Shown: positions 38,957 to 49,801, counted from the whole stretch's first letter. The stretch: DNA of 63,391 nt, filler included, from Nitrospinae bacterium RIFCSPLOWO2_12_FULL_45_22 (GCA_001803565.1; 5 parts of 5 records of this genome joined end to end with filler, not necessarily neighbours in it), one strand, 5' to 3'. Translations and numbers: made by a program. Notes: generated by a model from the letters alone, not told the origin.

Positions 38957-39781
38957 GTGAGACGATATTCAATACTTATTATTCTAATAATCCTTCTCTT
39001 TACATTCTGGATTGTTTACAGCCTTGTTACCAATCCCCACCGCTTCTCAGAAGGTGAATGCCCCAAGTGCCATGTAAAAAAGCCTTCAAAGACAGATAAA
39101 AAGAATTCTGCATTAATGACCGCGCCCATAAGCATACTATGTGGAGAATGTCATGCAGCCATAGCAGAAACATATTCGCATCCCATAAACATAGTCCCTG
39201 AGAAGGTAAGGATTCCAAAGGACTTGCCTCTCTCCTTCGAAGGTCTTCTTACTTGCAGTACTTGTCATAATATCCATTCCTCCTCAGTAACACCCATGGG
39301 AACCCCTTCACTTTTTCTGAGACGCATTGCTTCTGGGAGGAGTTTTTGTATCATCTGCCATATAGAGCAGAGATTAAGTCATAAAACTACCGTTACAGAA
39401 GCCCACATGCAATCCCGGTTTATTGAAATCGAATCGTCCAGGACGATTGACCCTATGTCAGCAGATTGCGTATCCTGTCATGATGGTTCCTATGCCACAT
39501 CGGTCAGTATACAAGCTGGGCTCTGGCTGCATAATAAAGATTTTATAAGATTTGATAAGGGGAGTCATCCTATCGGAATTGACCACGAGATGGCTCGAAC
39601 CCGCGAAAAGAGAAAAACTGACCTTAAACCCCTCAGCATGGTTGATCCCCGCATAAAATTCTTTGGAGGAAAGATAGGTTGTGGTACATGTCATGACCCT
39701 TATTCTCCTGACAGGGGACAGCTTGTAATGAGTAATGAGGGCAGTAGATTATGCCTGGAATGCCATCTGGTTGACCAATAA
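38957..39781 (+). CDS. Multiheme cytochrome c, 7 CxxCH
   Basis: N-terminal TM/signal; CPKCH, CGECH, CSTCH, CIICH, CVSCH, CGTCH, CLECH. Confidence 0.92.
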   Translation: MRRYSILIILIILLFTFWIVYSLVTNPHRFSEGECPKCHVKKPSKTDKKNSALMTAPISILCGECHAAIAETYSHPINIVPEKVRIPKDLPLSFEGLLTCSTCHNIHSSSVTPMGTPSLFLRRIASGRSFCIICHIEQRLSHKTTVTEAHMQSRFIEIESSRTIDPMSADCVSCHDGSYATSVSIQAGLWLHNKDFIRFDKGSHPIGIDHEMARTREKRKTDLKPLSMVDPRIKFFGGKIGCGTCHDPYSPDRGQLVMSNEGSRLCLECHLVDQ

Positions 39782-39808
39782 GGAATTTACCATCATACTG
39801 TAGGTGAA

Positions 39809-39886
39809 GTCATTGGCCATTAGTCATAGGTCATTGGTTAATGCAGGATTACAAGGCTTTGACCTAATGACGAATGACCAGTGACT
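39809..39886. repeat. GTCATT(A/G)-periodic palindromic element
   Basis: Shares the core GGTTAATGCAGnnnTACAAGGCTTTnACCTAATGAC with the reverse complement of 6093-6170. Confidence 0.75.
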
Positions 39887-39979
39887 AAAAACGTTCACTA
39901 CATATTAATCGTAGGACAGGAAGAAAAAATTTTATAGGTAGGAGGAATACCACTGCAGCATTTCTGCGATAAAAAGTTC

Positions 39980-41302
39980 ATGATAGATCCCTTGCTAATA
40001 CCCCTGGTTTTTTTTATGACCGTCCTTATTTCTCTTTGCCCACCCCTTATCCCTATCGTTGAAGCACAGGATGGTTGTGTCACCCAAAAATGCCATAGCA
40101 CAATGTTGAAAGGGAAATCGGTTCACCCGGGCGCCGATCCCTGCGAGGGATGTCATGAGGCAACTGATACCACTCATCCGGTGAAGGGGAAAAAGACTTT
40201 TAAACTCCTGCAGGAACCGCCTGATCTCTGCTATACGTGTCATGATGCGTTCGGTACCGGAGAGGGTATGAAGCTACACTCACCGGTTGAGGAAGGAACG
40301 TGTACCGTTTGCCATAACCCCCACCAATCTGATCAGGAGAAATTACTGGTCCAGCCCATGGGTGATCTCTGCTTTGGTTGCCACGAAAACAATATATCCG
40401 ATGCGTCTGTTCATGGACCAGCGGGAGTTGGCTCATGCACCGAATGCCATAATCCCCACCAATCGAAATATGATAAGCTGAGGGTCGAGGAAGGTGAAAA
40501 GCTCTGTTTCCTCTGCCATGCTGACATTCAAGAGGATTTGAAAAAAGGTCATGTACACACGGCTGTGACGATGGGCTGCCCATCCTGCCATAATCCCCAT
40601 AGTGGGCCTTACAAAATGATGCTTCCGGCTGATGGCAAAGATCTCTGCTTCCAATGCCACTCTGATATCTCTGACATAATAAAAAAGGCCAAGATTATTC
40701 ATCCACCCATACAAACTGAACGGTCCTGTGTATCCTGTCATTCCCCACATGCCGGTAAGACCGAGAAACTTACCGACAAGATGGGGAAGGACCTGTGCCT
40801 GGAATGCCACAAAGGCATCATAGGAACGTCTGACCAGAATCTACATGGCCCGATAAAGCAGGGAGCCTGTGTTGCTTGTCATGATCCCCACGGCACCCCT
40901 AACGACAAATTGTTGAAGAAACATTATGTCATGGATTATTATGCCCCCTATAACGATACCAATTACGAGCTGTGTTTTAGCTGCCATGACAAAGAGCTAC
41001 TCCGTTTTCCCGACACATCCTTTGCAACCAATTTCAGGGATGGTCAGAGAAATCTTCACTATCTGCACGTTAACAGGAAGAAGAAGAGCCGGACCTGTAG
41101 ATTCTGCCACGAACCCCATTCATCAAAGAATCCCAAGTTAATCAGGAATTATATTCAGTTTGAGCAATGGAGACTTCCGACAAATTTTGAAAAGACAGAA
41201 ACCGGTGGTACCTGTACGCCGGGGTGTCATAAAAAGGTTATCTATGACCGGGAAACGCCTGGCAAAGAGCCTGAAAAACCGCCTAAGACGCTTCCCCCCT
41301 AA
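39980..41302 (+). CDS. Multiheme cytochrome c (doubled-CxxCH type), 13 CxxCH plus 2 atypical motifs
   Basis: Repeated CxxCHxPH / LCxxCH pairs; CVTQKCH and CTPGCH. Confidence 0.93.
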   Translation: MIDPLLIPLVFFMTVLISLCPPLIPIVEAQDGCVTQKCHSTMLKGKSVHPGADPCEGCHEATDTTHPVKGKKTFKLLQEPPDLCYTCHDAFGTGEGMKLHSPVEEGTCTVCHNPHQSDQEKLLVQPMGDLCFGCHENNISDASVHGPAGVGSCTECHNPHQSKYDKLRVEEGEKLCFLCHADIQEDLKKGHVHTAVTMGCPSCHNPHSGPYKMMLPADGKDLCFQCHSDISDIIKKAKIIHPPIQTERSCVSCHSPHAGKTEKLTDKMGKDLCLECHKGIIGTSDQNLHGPIKQGACVACHDPHGTPNDKLLKKHYVMDYYAPYNDTNYELCFSCHDKELLRFPDTSFATNFRDGQRNLHYLHVNRKKKSRTCRFCHEPHSSKNPKLIRNYIQFEQWRLPTNFEKTETGGTCTPGCHKKVIYDRETPGKEPEKPPKTLPP

Positions 41303-41311
41303 TGACGGCTT

Positions 41312-43027
41312 CTAATATGCAAAGTCCCCGGTACCGGTATGGTCTTCACTGTGGCACCTGAGGGTACAACTACCCGACCTGTTGCCATTATCCGTGAAGA
41401 ACGGCACCAGTTGCCCAGGAAGGGGTTCGACTATGTTGGTATCAAAATTTATCAGGTGGGTATGCGAACCTGAAGCTGGGTCCTCACGTACCCCATGAGG
41501 ATCATGGCATGCAGAGCATGGGACTTGCTCCTCGCTGATATGCTCATTATGCTCCGGGAAGCTTTCATCAGCAAGAATACTGTCCCGGTTATGACATCTA
41601 TAACAGAGGGCGAAGCTTTCATAACTCTCCGGGGTAAAATCATTGATTTCATACCTCTCTCTCAAGATAGGCGCAAAGCTTGACCCATGGGCCCCCCTTG
41701 CTCCAGAGCCACCTACCTTAGGGCTGCTATCACTGTCGTGACAGTCCGTGCAATAGATAATGTTTGATGGCAGAAGAGTAGGTTCCAGGGCGGAAGGTAT
41801 ACTCGGAACGTCAGGGTTCTTTCCGATACCTGCCACGGGATGATAGGAAGGGTTATTCAGGGAAAACTCTATCCTGGTATTGGGCTCATCGACAACCCGC
41901 TGCACATAAGATAGCTGTGAATTGGTATCAGCATGACACTTAAAGCATACCTCGTACTGATACCTCGCAGGATCGCTGACTACCCCATCCCTGTCTATAC
42001 CCTTCATCTTTTCCAGGCTGCCCGATATATCGGGGGCCTCGGCTGCTCTTTCATTATGCGCGTGGGGATTGTGACAGTCCACACACTCCACATGGCCGGA
42101 TATAAGGGGGTTTTCATCCGGCTCATGTATTCCTATGGTATTTTCTACCGGATGGTGTGATGCCTTCTCAAAATCCGCCATTACATTTTTAGAAGCCACA
42201 TTCCCATTATGACAGGGAAAACAGTTCCATTCTTCCTCTGCGTAACTAAGCAATCTCTTGGGTTCCCCTGCAGTATGGGGCATATGGCAGTTCTGGCACC
42301 CATTCTCTGCCACGGTAAGCCACTCCGTGAAAGGCCAGGGGTCAGGAGGTGTGCCGTTCCAGGTAGCACCAGATATTGCCTTTGGGGAATTTAACCACCC
42401 ATCCATTTTATGGCATTTGATACATAATGCCGCGTATCGATTATCCATGACCAGAAATTTACACTCGTAACCCTTATCACAGTGATTGTCCTCGTGCGCA
42501 TCGTGACAGGTAGAACACTCTATGCTGAAATTACCATAAAATATCAGTCTCGGGTCATTCGGGGGGGGCGAGACAATCTCGGGGTCAATCGTGGAATCGA
42601 GATAAGAAAAGGAGATCGGGTGATCATCCGCCAGGTCAGTCCCTATATCTGACCGCCTTTCAGGGGTTATCTCACCTGTAGTCGTTACCTTGCCGGTGAG
42701 GAGGGCACCGAGGGCGATCAAACCATCATGGCAAGTCAGGCATAACCTGGAAGGGCCCATGGGTTGCGTGGGGATTGCCTGAAGGGTTGAGCTTTCATAG
42801 AGGATGTAATTTACTGGCTCTACTTCCTTGTTCCAGAGGGGCGTTTGAGGTGAAGCATTATGCGGGGTATGGCAGAAGACACAGACCCGCTCCTCGGACA
42901 ATGCCTTCAATTCCCCAGGGCCTGATACAGAGAGGTTATGCCTGGTGGTAAGGATTGAGGCATTTATGTTTGACAACAGGACATATAGATGAAAGAAACC
43001 CGTTAATAAGATAATATATTGCCTCAC
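41312..43027 (-). CDS. Multiheme cytochrome c, 11 CxxCH plus CTLRCH, with OmcE-like N-terminal tetraheme module
   Basis: HNLS, CVFCHTPH, PLWN, SRLCLTCHDG, DDHPISF, ECSTCHDAH, LCIKCH. Confidence 0.9.
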   Translation of the reverse strand: MRQYIILLTGFFHLYVLLSNINASILTTRHNLSVSGPGELKALSEERVCVFCHTPHNASPQTPLWNKEVEPVNYILYESSTLQAIPTQPMGPSRLCLTCHDGLIALGALLTGKVTTTGEITPERRSDIGTDLADDHPISFSYLDSTIDPEIVSPPPNDPRLIFYGNFSIECSTCHDAHEDNHCDKGYECKFLVMDNRYAALCIKCHKMDGWLNSPKAISGATWNGTPPDPWPFTEWLTVAENGCQNCHMPHTAGEPKRLLSYAEEEWNCFPCHNGNVASKNVMADFEKASHHPVENTIGIHEPDENPLISGHVECVDCHNPHAHNERAAEAPDISGSLEKMKGIDRDGVVSDPARYQYEVCFKCHADTNSQLSYVQRVVDEPNTRIEFSLNNPSYHPVAGIGKNPDVPSIPSALEPTLLPSNIIYCTDCHDSDSSPKVGGSGARGAHGSSFAPILRERYEINDFTPESYESFALCYRCHNRDSILADESFPEHNEHISEEQVPCSACHDPHGVREDPASGSHTHLINFDTNIVEPLPGQLVPFFTDNGNRSGSCTLRCHSEDHTGTGDFAY

Positions 43028-43912
43028 TGCAGTGCGCCCCCTTCTATCTTGAAGACCTGTATCCTTCTATTGTAAGTATCGCAAACATAAAGATAATGTT
43101 TTTGGTCAATAAAACATCCAGAAGGGAGCCAGAATTCTCCCATATCGGTACCCCGCTGCCCAACGGTCAGGAGCAATCGTCCTTCTCGATTAAATAATTG
43201 CACATTATCAAAGAGGCTATCAACCATATAGATAACCCCGCTTTCATCGACTGCAATACCCTTCGGCATGGCAAAATCACCCGATCCATCCCCATGATGG
43301 CCGAACCTGGCTACAAATTTCCCATCCGCGTTAAATATCTGAACCCGGAAATTCATGGCATCGGTTACGTACAATAACCCTTTTTGATCACAGAAAATAT
43401 AGGTAGGAAAGTTAAACCTTCCCTCCGCGGTCCCCCTCCCTCCAAAGGATGAGATAAATCTTCCCTCCATATCAAATATATGTATCTTATGCCACGCGGT
43501 ATCAGCAACATAGAGCTTATCTCCAGGAGCATTGCAGGCAAGTGCTGTGGGCCGCTTTAATCTGCCATCCGTTGTTTCCTTGATAGAGAGGATATAACGG
43601 CCATTCCGGTCAAAGATATGCACCTGGGCGGTAAAAGAATCAGAGACGAAGAGTCTCAGGTCTTTATCAAATGCCACACCAACCGGGAAAGCAAGTTCCT
43701 CTCCTTTTCGTGTCGCTGTAATCCGTAAATATCTCTGCTCTTCTGCACCATAAAAATGGACCATCCCATTGGCTGGATCAGCAATCGCCATACTCCCATC
43801 ACGCCCCACGGTCACAGAAACCGGCTTGACCAGACCATCGATGGCCTTCTTCTGTCCTGAAATCGCCCCCGCAATCTTACCCCAGATATTCTTCTTTTCA
43901 CTCTCAAATTTA
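43024..43912 (-). CDS. NHL-repeat beta-propeller protein (5' end cut by linker)
   Basis: FPVGVAFD, LYVAD, FNFPT, YVTDAMNFRVQIF, YVCDTYNRRIQVF; frame open to the N run. Confidence 0.9.
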
Positions 43913-44012
43913 NNNNNNNNNNNNNNNNNNNNNNNNNNNNNNNNNNNNNNNNNNNNTTAATTAATTAANNNNNNNNNNNNNNNNNNNNNNNNNNNNNNNN
44001 NNNNNNNNNNNN
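43913..44012. other. Artificial contig linker
   Basis: N run with TTAATTAATTAA. Confidence 0.98.
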
Positions 44013-44192
44013 GGCCTTATTGAATTCTGCCTTTACCCGTTCATACTCCAGTTGGTTGAATTGTATTTGGTATTTCTTCCAGGGTCTCCTGGTCTCTACC
44101 TCATCCCATACTGCCCATAAGGTAGACAAAATAGTCAGGAGGCTGATCACCCAGAAATGAACCCGATAAGATTTTTCTTCTATCTTAGCCAT
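44013..44192 (-). CDS. N-terminus of a probable membrane-anchored cytochrome c subunit of the Rieske/cyt b complex (truncated)
   Basis: TM helix then WDEVETRRPWKKYQ; follows the cytochrome b subunits; no heme motif in the visible part. Confidence 0.55.
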
Positions 44193-44213
44193 CTATTTAC
44201 CCTTCAAATCATA

Positions 44214-44402
44214 TTTTGGACGCAGATTTACGCCCATAGAAATAAAATGAATCCTAAATACGAAATCCTAAAGTCTAAACAATCTCTAAACCCAAAGCCC
44301 AAATGATCAAAATTATTTTGACTTTAGATCATTTAAATTTTGAATTTGTTTAGGGTTTAGATATTAGCATTTAGTATTTTCTGCGTTAATCTGCGTCCAA
44401 AA
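44214..44402. repeat. Nested palindromic element
   Basis: Outer IR TTTTGGACGCAGATT/AATCTGCGTCCAAAA enclosing AAATCCT-periodic arms. Confidence 0.75.
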
Positions 44403-44419
44403 AGGGAATTCCTATACGC

Positions 44420-45271
44420 TTACATCAAATNNNNNNNNNNNNNNNNNNNNNNNNNNATGTTGAACCAGGGAGTTACCCAGATATACTTAATGTTAAAGGC
44501 TAACCTAAGGAACATCTTCATCGGCAAGGCTAGCATAGTTAGAAAGAGAAAGGCTACAATGCTGTAGCGAACCAGCCCAAGGGCCTTTATGACGCGGGTG
44601 TTCCTTCTCCATATATAATATAAGACGCCAAGGAAGTACCATGCCCCAACGGCTAACATCCCAATGATCTCCACACCAAAAACCTTAGGATTCTCCAACC
44701 AGGAAATCTTTCTACCCAGCCAGCCAAAAGGGCCCCAGTAGGGCAAGTCCACATTGGTCAGGGCTACTACCTTGTGGGGGTCCCATTTATCCCAGGGCCA
44801 GAAAAGGTTCCAGCCTGGCCCTCGAATGAATACTCCCACAATAATCAGCATAACCCAAAGCACTACAAAACCAAAAAGGAAGGTTGATATCTCAAATATC
44901 CTATCTCTAAAACAGTAGTAACCGTTTCCTTTCGGATTGATGTCCACATAGGGGATTACCATCAGACCGATAATAATAAGGCTAGGAAGAACGACCCCTG
45001 CAATCCAGGGGTCAAAATAGACCAGCATTTCCTGAAGTCCCAAGAAATACCAGGGGGCCTTTGATGGATTAGGGGTCTTGGTAGGGTCAGCTTGTTCCTC
45101 TAGTGGGGCATCAATGCCGATAGACCATACAGTCAAAATGATCATTACAATGAGCACACATAGGAACTCGAGTCTTGTCAGATAAGGCCAGGTATGAACC
45201 TTGTCTTGCTCCTTCTTAGGAATTACTTCCCCTCTTTTGACCGCTACTGGAGCGTCTTGTTCCTTTTCCAT
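44420..45271 (-). CDS. Cytochrome b subunit IV-like (split cytochrome b C-terminal part)
   Basis: APLEEQADPTKTPNPSKAPWYFLGLQE, IPYVD; small N gap at the 3' end. Confidence 0.88.
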   Translation of the reverse strand: MEKEQDAPVAVKRGEVIPKKEQDKVHTWPYLTRLEFLCVLIVMIILTVWSIGIDAPLEEQADPTKTPNPSKAPWYFLGLQEMLVYFDPWIAGVVLPSLIIIGLMVIPYVDINPKGNGYYCFRDRIFEISTFLFGFVVLWVMLIIVGVFIRGPGWNLFWPWDKWDPHKVVALTNVDLPYWGPFGWLGRKISWLENPKVFGVEIIGMLAVGAWYFLGVLYYIWRRNTRVIKALGLVRYSIVAFLFLTMLALPMKMFLRLAFNIKYIWVTPWFNXXXXXXXXXXLM

Positions 45272-45297
45272 AGAAGATTCCCTCTGCTTACTTCCTT

Positions 45298-45463
45298 CAT
45301 TGCAAAATTAACAATGCAAAATTAGCAATTAGCAATTAGAGAAACCAGGAGATTAAGAGACTAAAAAGAGATTAGATATTTAGTCTCCTAGTCTCTATAA
45401 ATCTCTTAATCTCAGATCTTTGATTTTGAAATGCTAATTGCTAATTTTGCATTTTGCATTGAA
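45298..45463. repeat. Nested TTGCAAAATTAGC-family palindromic element
   Basis: 45 bp (45419-45463) identical to 46413-46457; encloses an AGAGATTAAGAGA/TCTCTTAATCTC IR. Confidence 0.75.
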
Positions 45464-45507
45464 TCCGTGTCTATCCCGGTTCATCCGTAGTTAAAATCCC
45501 AATCTAT

Positions 45508-46281
45508 TTATAAAGGGCCGGATATACCCCCGTCCTTCCTCACCCTCCAGAAATGGACAATCATTAATATGCCAGCCATCAGGGGTATGGCGATACAATG
45601 AAGGACATAGAACCGTAAGAGTGCTGGTGGCCCCACCAGACTCCCCCCCAAGAGAAGGGAACGGGCATCGTACCGGGGCGTCATTCCCATCTCCAGACCA
45701 AAGGGCCCTTCATGGCCCAGAAAAGGTGTAGCCCGCGCCATATTGGTTCCTACAGTTACTGCCCACATGGATAATTGATCCCAGGGGAGCAGATAGCCGG
45801 TAAAGCTGAGTAATAGAGTAAGCACCAGCAGCATTACCCCCACCACCCAGTTAAACTCCCTAGGGGGCTTATAAGAGCCGGTCATAAAGACCCGAAACAT
45901 ATGGAGCCAAACGGTTATTACCATGGCATGGGCCGCCCAGCGGTGCATATTCCTCATGATCGGCCCAAAAGGAACATCAAACATGAGGTATTTCATATCA
46001 GCATAGGCATATTCCCCTACGGGGCGGTAGTAAAACATAAGCACTACACCCGTCACCACCGTAACCAAAAATAAGAGAAAAGTAGTCCCACCCATACACC
46101 AGGTATAGCGCATCCTTACCCCATGGCGCCGTACCTTTGGTGGATGTAGGTGAAGAAATACATTGCTCACTACCTGGAGCACCCGGTTCCTGGGGATATC
46201 TTGATAACCATGTCGTAAAATGGATTTCCAGACCTGGCTCTCATAAATAATTTTTGCCAAATCCTTACTTTTTTTTAACAT
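45508..46281 (-). CDS. petB: Cytochrome b6-like subunit
   Basis: [40 protein letters not shown]. Confidence 0.92.
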   Translation of the reverse strand: MLKKSKDLAKIIYESQVWKSILRHGYQDIPRNRVLQVVSNVFLHLHPPKVRRHGVRMRYTWCMGGTTFLLFLVTVVTGVVLMFYYRPVGEYAYADMKYLMFDVPFGPIMRNMHRWAAHAMVITVWLHMFRVFMTGSYKPPREFNWVVGVMLLVLTLLLSFTGYLLPWDQLSMWAVTVGTNMARATPFLGHEGPFGLEMGMTPRYDARSLLLGGSLVGPPALLRFYVLHCIAIPLMAGILMIVHFWRVRKDGGISGPL

Positions 46282-46314
46282 CTAGATATCCCTCCTTCGT
46301 ACCTGAATAAACAA

Positions 46315-46457
46315 TGTAGCCGCAGAGCTTGTCTCTGCCTTCAGCCGACTGTAGCAAAGGTAAGCTTTGCAGCTACTACAGCCATTGCAAAATTAGCAAT
46401 TAACAAGAAGGATTTGATTTTGAAATGCTAATTGCTAATTTTGCATTTTGCATTGAA
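46315..46457. repeat. GTAG-type REP pair adjoining a TTGCAAAATTAGC-family element
   Basis: TGTAGCCGCAGAGCTTGTCTCTGC...CTACA, followed by the 45-bp shared arm. Confidence 0.7.
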
Positions 46458-46483
46458 AATGGAGTGGGAGAACTCAGTTGGGC

Positions 46484-47011
46484 CTAAGCCTTCAGGATAG
46501 AACCTGGTTTTCCCCACTCACCCTTTTCGTAAAGATACTTCTTGCCCTTATCAATCAACAATTGACCATCCTCGGCCAAGGTAATCTTTAACCGCTCCAG
46601 TGGCCTGGGTGCAGGTCCTTCGAAATTTATCCCCTCTTTGGTAAACCCACTGCCGTGGCAGGGACATTTGAATTTATTCTCTGCCGTAAGCCACCGGGGG
46701 GTACAGCCCAGATGGGTACATATAGCTGAAAGGGCATAAAGGCCATCTTCATCACGAACGATCCAGACCCTTTGGGTGGCTTTAAATTTCTCACTCACCT
46801 CTCCGACGGAATAATCATTAGAATAACCTGCTTTGAAGACCGGGGAAGGTTCAAACAGTACCCGGGGGAACATAAACCTTATTAGAGAAGCCCCCCAGAT
46901 TCCAGAGACAGCTAAAATTCCCAACCAACCGCTTAGAGAAAAGAAATCTCTCCGAGACCAGATATATTCCCCTTGTTTAATATCCTCGGCTCTTAGGGAT
47001 TCTCCCACCAT
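46484..47011 (-). CDS. petC: Rieske 2Fe-2S subunit
   Basis: SRRDFF Tat-like motif, CTHLGC, CPCHGS, GPAPRPL. Confidence 0.93.
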   Translation of the reverse strand: MVGESLRAEDIKQGEYIWSRRDFFSLSGWLGILAVSGIWGASLIRFMFPRVLFEPSPVFKAGYSNDYSVGEVSEKFKATQRVWIVRDEDGLYALSAICTHLGCTPRWLTAENKFKCPCHGSGFTKEGINFEGPAPRPLERLKITLAEDGQLLIDKGKKYLYEKGEWGKPGSILKA

Positions 47012-47015
47012 TAAA

Positions 47016-47109
47016 ACCTTACCTCCAATCTAGCTCATACCAGGTTGTTACCGCTTTTTGCCCATCTCGATCGCCTTTATTCCCATCCCATACAGCAAAA
47101 GCTATAGGT
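47016..47109. repeat. 94-bp direct repeat, copy 1
   Basis: Identical to 53381-53474; contains the Rieske ribosome-binding site (GGAGGT on the minus strand). Confidence 0.97.
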
Positions 47110-47123
47110 CACCACCATATAAT

Positions 47124-47825
47124 TTAAACTGATCCCGATAATTCAAACTGATCCCGCTTGATCTCCTCAGGTTTGATACCCATTATCTTAGAATCTTGAG
47201 ATACAAATTTATCGAGTAATTTGGTTATCTCGCAATAAAAACTTGAGTTACTATTTACATTCACCTGCTCCTGAAAGGCCCTTGTCCATTGCCCCAAGTG
47301 ATCTTGGAGAAATTTCCTTTGGGCTTCCCTACAGACCTTTAAATTCCTATGGTCTCCATTCTTCAGGGCAAATGCCTCCTTAAATGTCAAGAAATGCATA
47401 AATTCCAGTTCGACGGTTATATGATCAACTCTATCTTTGTTACCATCAGCTACTTGTAAACCAAAGGCCTTATAGAAGCCAGCTATGTCGGCAAGGTTTC
47501 CAGTATTCATAAAGAGCGGCCCTCGGGCTAGGTAGCTGAGTTCATAGGGTGAACACTTAGGCTCCTGATCCTGGCCGAATAAATCAAGATATTCAGAAAT
47601 GATAGTGGGGAAAATATTGTCCCCGTATCCTTTTATCGAGGTATTCAATAATTGTATATGTCCTTTTATTATATGATAGCTGGGTAATTTTTTGGCGTTT
47701 TCAGTGAGTTGAGAGATAAATAAAGCACCCGATAGGCATGCCTTAAGCTCTTCTCCTGGGTAACCAAGAACCGTAGAAAACATTTTGTATATCTGGCTGC
47801 GGGCTAATGGTGTCTCTTCCTTCAT
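47124..47825 (-). CDS. TorD/DmsD-family molybdoenzyme chaperone (module 2)
   Basis: ARSQIY, PYE, LADIAGFYKAFG, DHITVELEFM, FLQDHLGQW. Confidence 0.9.
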   Translation of the reverse strand: MKEETPLARSQIYKMFSTVLGYPGEELKACLSGALFISQLTENAKKLPSYHIIKGHIQLLNTSIKGYGDNIFPTIISEYLDLFGQDQEPKCSPYELSYLARGPLFMNTGNLADIAGFYKAFGLQVADGNKDRVDHITVELEFMHFLTFKEAFALKNGDHRNLKVCREAQRKFLQDHLGQWTRAFQEQVNVNSNSSFYCEITKLLDKFVSQDSKIMGIKPEEIKRDQFELSGSV

Positions 47826-47828
47826 GGT

Positions 47829-48653
47829 CTACTTAGTATCCTCTATTTTCACATCTACCCAATCTATTGACACCGATTTCTCCCCATCTCTGTTCTTATC
47901 CGCACCGTCCCATACCGAGAAGTTTATCTTGGAATCCATCCCCGGTTTAAACTGAGTGTCTAATTGGTCATTAGTCACCAAGGGTCTGACGAATGCAGCC
48001 CTCCATTTGCCTTTTTCGTAAACCCCTTTACCAGCAACGTCTTGCTGTTTCTGCCTTTCTAATGTGCCAAAGCCCTGGGCAACTAAATCTTCCACAGGAG
48101 AGTCTTTTATAAGTCTGCCTCCTTTGATCTCCTTTAGGAATACTTGCTTATCCTGGGGGAAGTAGTATCCCGGGTAGGGAGGATATTTGGTATCTAGGTA
48201 TTCGGTGCCATCATCAAGGTCCCCTTGCCAATCGGCACGCCAGAACCAGATGTTTACTAAGCCAGGACCACCCATGAAGGGGTCTGTCTCCTCTTTCAGG
48301 TTTATTGGAAACTGTAAGGCAGCTCCATCGGTAAAGGCATTTCCAGTCACCTTTGTATCCCTGGTTGAATCAGCCCATTCGATGAGAAAGCCAATAGACT
48401 TGCCATTGTGCAGCCCTCTAACCTCAATAGGCAGATGCTTACCACCAAAAGGCTCAGTGATTTCTTGGTCAGTAAGTTCGATAATAATGGGCGTCGCATC
48501 ATTCCAAACATCAGCGAACGGATCAGTTGCAATATCCTTCTGAGTGTATGCAATTTTTAGGATAGAAGAGTCTTGCGAATATCCTATTGGTACCAGTACC
48601 AAAGCCAAAAAAAATAGCGGTAACAGAACTATTGTTATCCGAACATATCTCAT
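47829..48653 (-). CDS. nxrC: Heme b gamma subunit of type II DMSO reductase family (NxrC/EbdC-like, module 2)
   Basis: Signal peptide, FTDGAALQFP, PFMG, VNIWFWRAD, AQGFGTL, FSVWDG...RDGEK; ATG 48653 after GAGGAGG. Confidence 0.8.
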   Translation of the reverse strand: MRYVRITIVLLPLFFLALVLVPIGYSQDSSILKIAYTQKDIATDPFADVWNDATPIIIELTDQEITEPFGGKHLPIEVRGLHNGKSIGFLIEWADSTRDTKVTGNAFTDGAALQFPINLKEETDPFMGGPGLVNIWFWRADWQGDLDDGTEYLDTKYPPYPGYYFPQDKQVFLKEIKGGRLIKDSPVEDLVAQGFGTLERQKQQDVAGKGVYEKGKWRAAFVRPLVTNDQLDTQFKPGMDSKINFSVWDGADKNRDGEKSVSIDWVDVKIEDTK

Positions 48654-48666
48654 TTTACAACCTCCT

Positions 48667-49800
48667 CTATGTAACATCCAACCTATAAACGTCCAGCCTC
48701 TTATCGTAGTGAGGTCTCACCACTGTGGGTTCTTTTATTGGAACCCTGGTAATCTCGTTCCCCTTCCTGTCATAACCAATTGCCTGGCCATTCTGTATCT
48801 TGAAAGACCCTATAAGCTTCTCGGTACTGCCTGTTAAGAGCAGCGCACCGATCAACTTCTCGTCCTCTTTGGCATTCTTATATGTCTCTACCGCCTTCTT
48901 TGCCCCGGGCCCAAAGATCTGGGTAAGATAATCTAAGGGGACTTGCTTTGGTGGGATGTAATATATGTTGGGCTCGGTGCCAAATTGGGGATACGATGGC
49001 AGAGCTACCTTCTTGATGTGGACAAGGAAATCCAGAGGATTTGCTGGGTCTGCCTTTTCCGGTGTATTTAAAAAACCTTGCATCCTTATCTTACCTATGC
49101 ACATCTCAAAGCACTGACTTATTAGGCCCTGCTCAATCTTGGGATAACATCCTATGCACTTCTCACTGACCCTTGTGTTCACTCTGTACATAGTCTTTTT
49201 ATAGGGGCAACCCTTAAGGCACTTCCTATAGCCCCGGCAGCGCTTCTGGTCGATAAGGACTACCCCATCTTCCTTCCGCTTATAAATGGCCTTTCTGGGA
49301 CAGGCAGCCAGGCACCCCGGATAGGTACAGTGATTACATGTTCTGGGAAGATAGAAAAACCAAACTGGGTGAGGTAAATAATTTATGTACATACCCTGTG
49401 AGACAGGGCCCCCTGCTATCTCATCCTCCCCAATATTGGGATATGACCAGTCTTCATCCTCTGGGGTAAATCCCACCATCTTCTCTCCGGCTTGCTTGGC
49501 CTCAAATATCGTCTTGCCCTGGTAAACACCATTGCCCCACTCTTGGGTCTCAAGCATCTCAAGGAGCTTCACGTCCCATCCTAAGGGATAATACCCATAG
49601 GGCTTGGTCTCTACATTGTTCCAGAACATATACTCTTGACCTCTGCCGGTGGTCCAGGTGGTCTTGCATGCCAACGAGCAGGTCTGACATCCTATGCACT
49701 TGTTTATATCGAATACGCCAGCCCACTGTCGGTTTGATCTTGACTCTCCATAGGGAAACTCCATCTCCCTGCTTAATTGCCAGTTGTTAACCTTGGCCAA
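48667..49800 (-). CDS. nxrB: NXR/NAR-like Fe-S beta subunit (module 2)
   Basis: CIGCQTCSLAC, WNNVETKPYG, CNHCTYPGCLAAC, CRGYRKCLKGCPY, CIGCYP; probable TTG start at 49800. Confidence 0.88.
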   Translation of the reverse strand: MAKVNNWQLSREMEFPYGESRSNRQWAGVFDINKCIGCQTCSLACKTTWTTGRGQEYMFWNNVETKPYGYYPLGWDVKLLEMLETQEWGNGVYQGKTIFEAKQAGEKMVGFTPEDEDWSYPNIGEDEIAGGPVSQGMYINYLPHPVWFFYLPRTCNHCTYPGCLAACPRKAIYKRKEDGVVLIDQKRCRGYRKCLKGCPYKKTMYRVNTRVSEKCIGCYPKIEQGLISQCFEMCIGKIRMQGFLNTPEKADPANPLDFLVHIKKVALPSYPQFGTEPNIYYIPPKQVPLDYLTQIFGPGAKKAVETYKNAKEDEKLIGALLLTGSTEKLIGSFKIQNGQAIGYDRKGNEITRVPIKEPTVVRPHYDKRLDVYRLDVT

Positions 49801-49801
49801 T

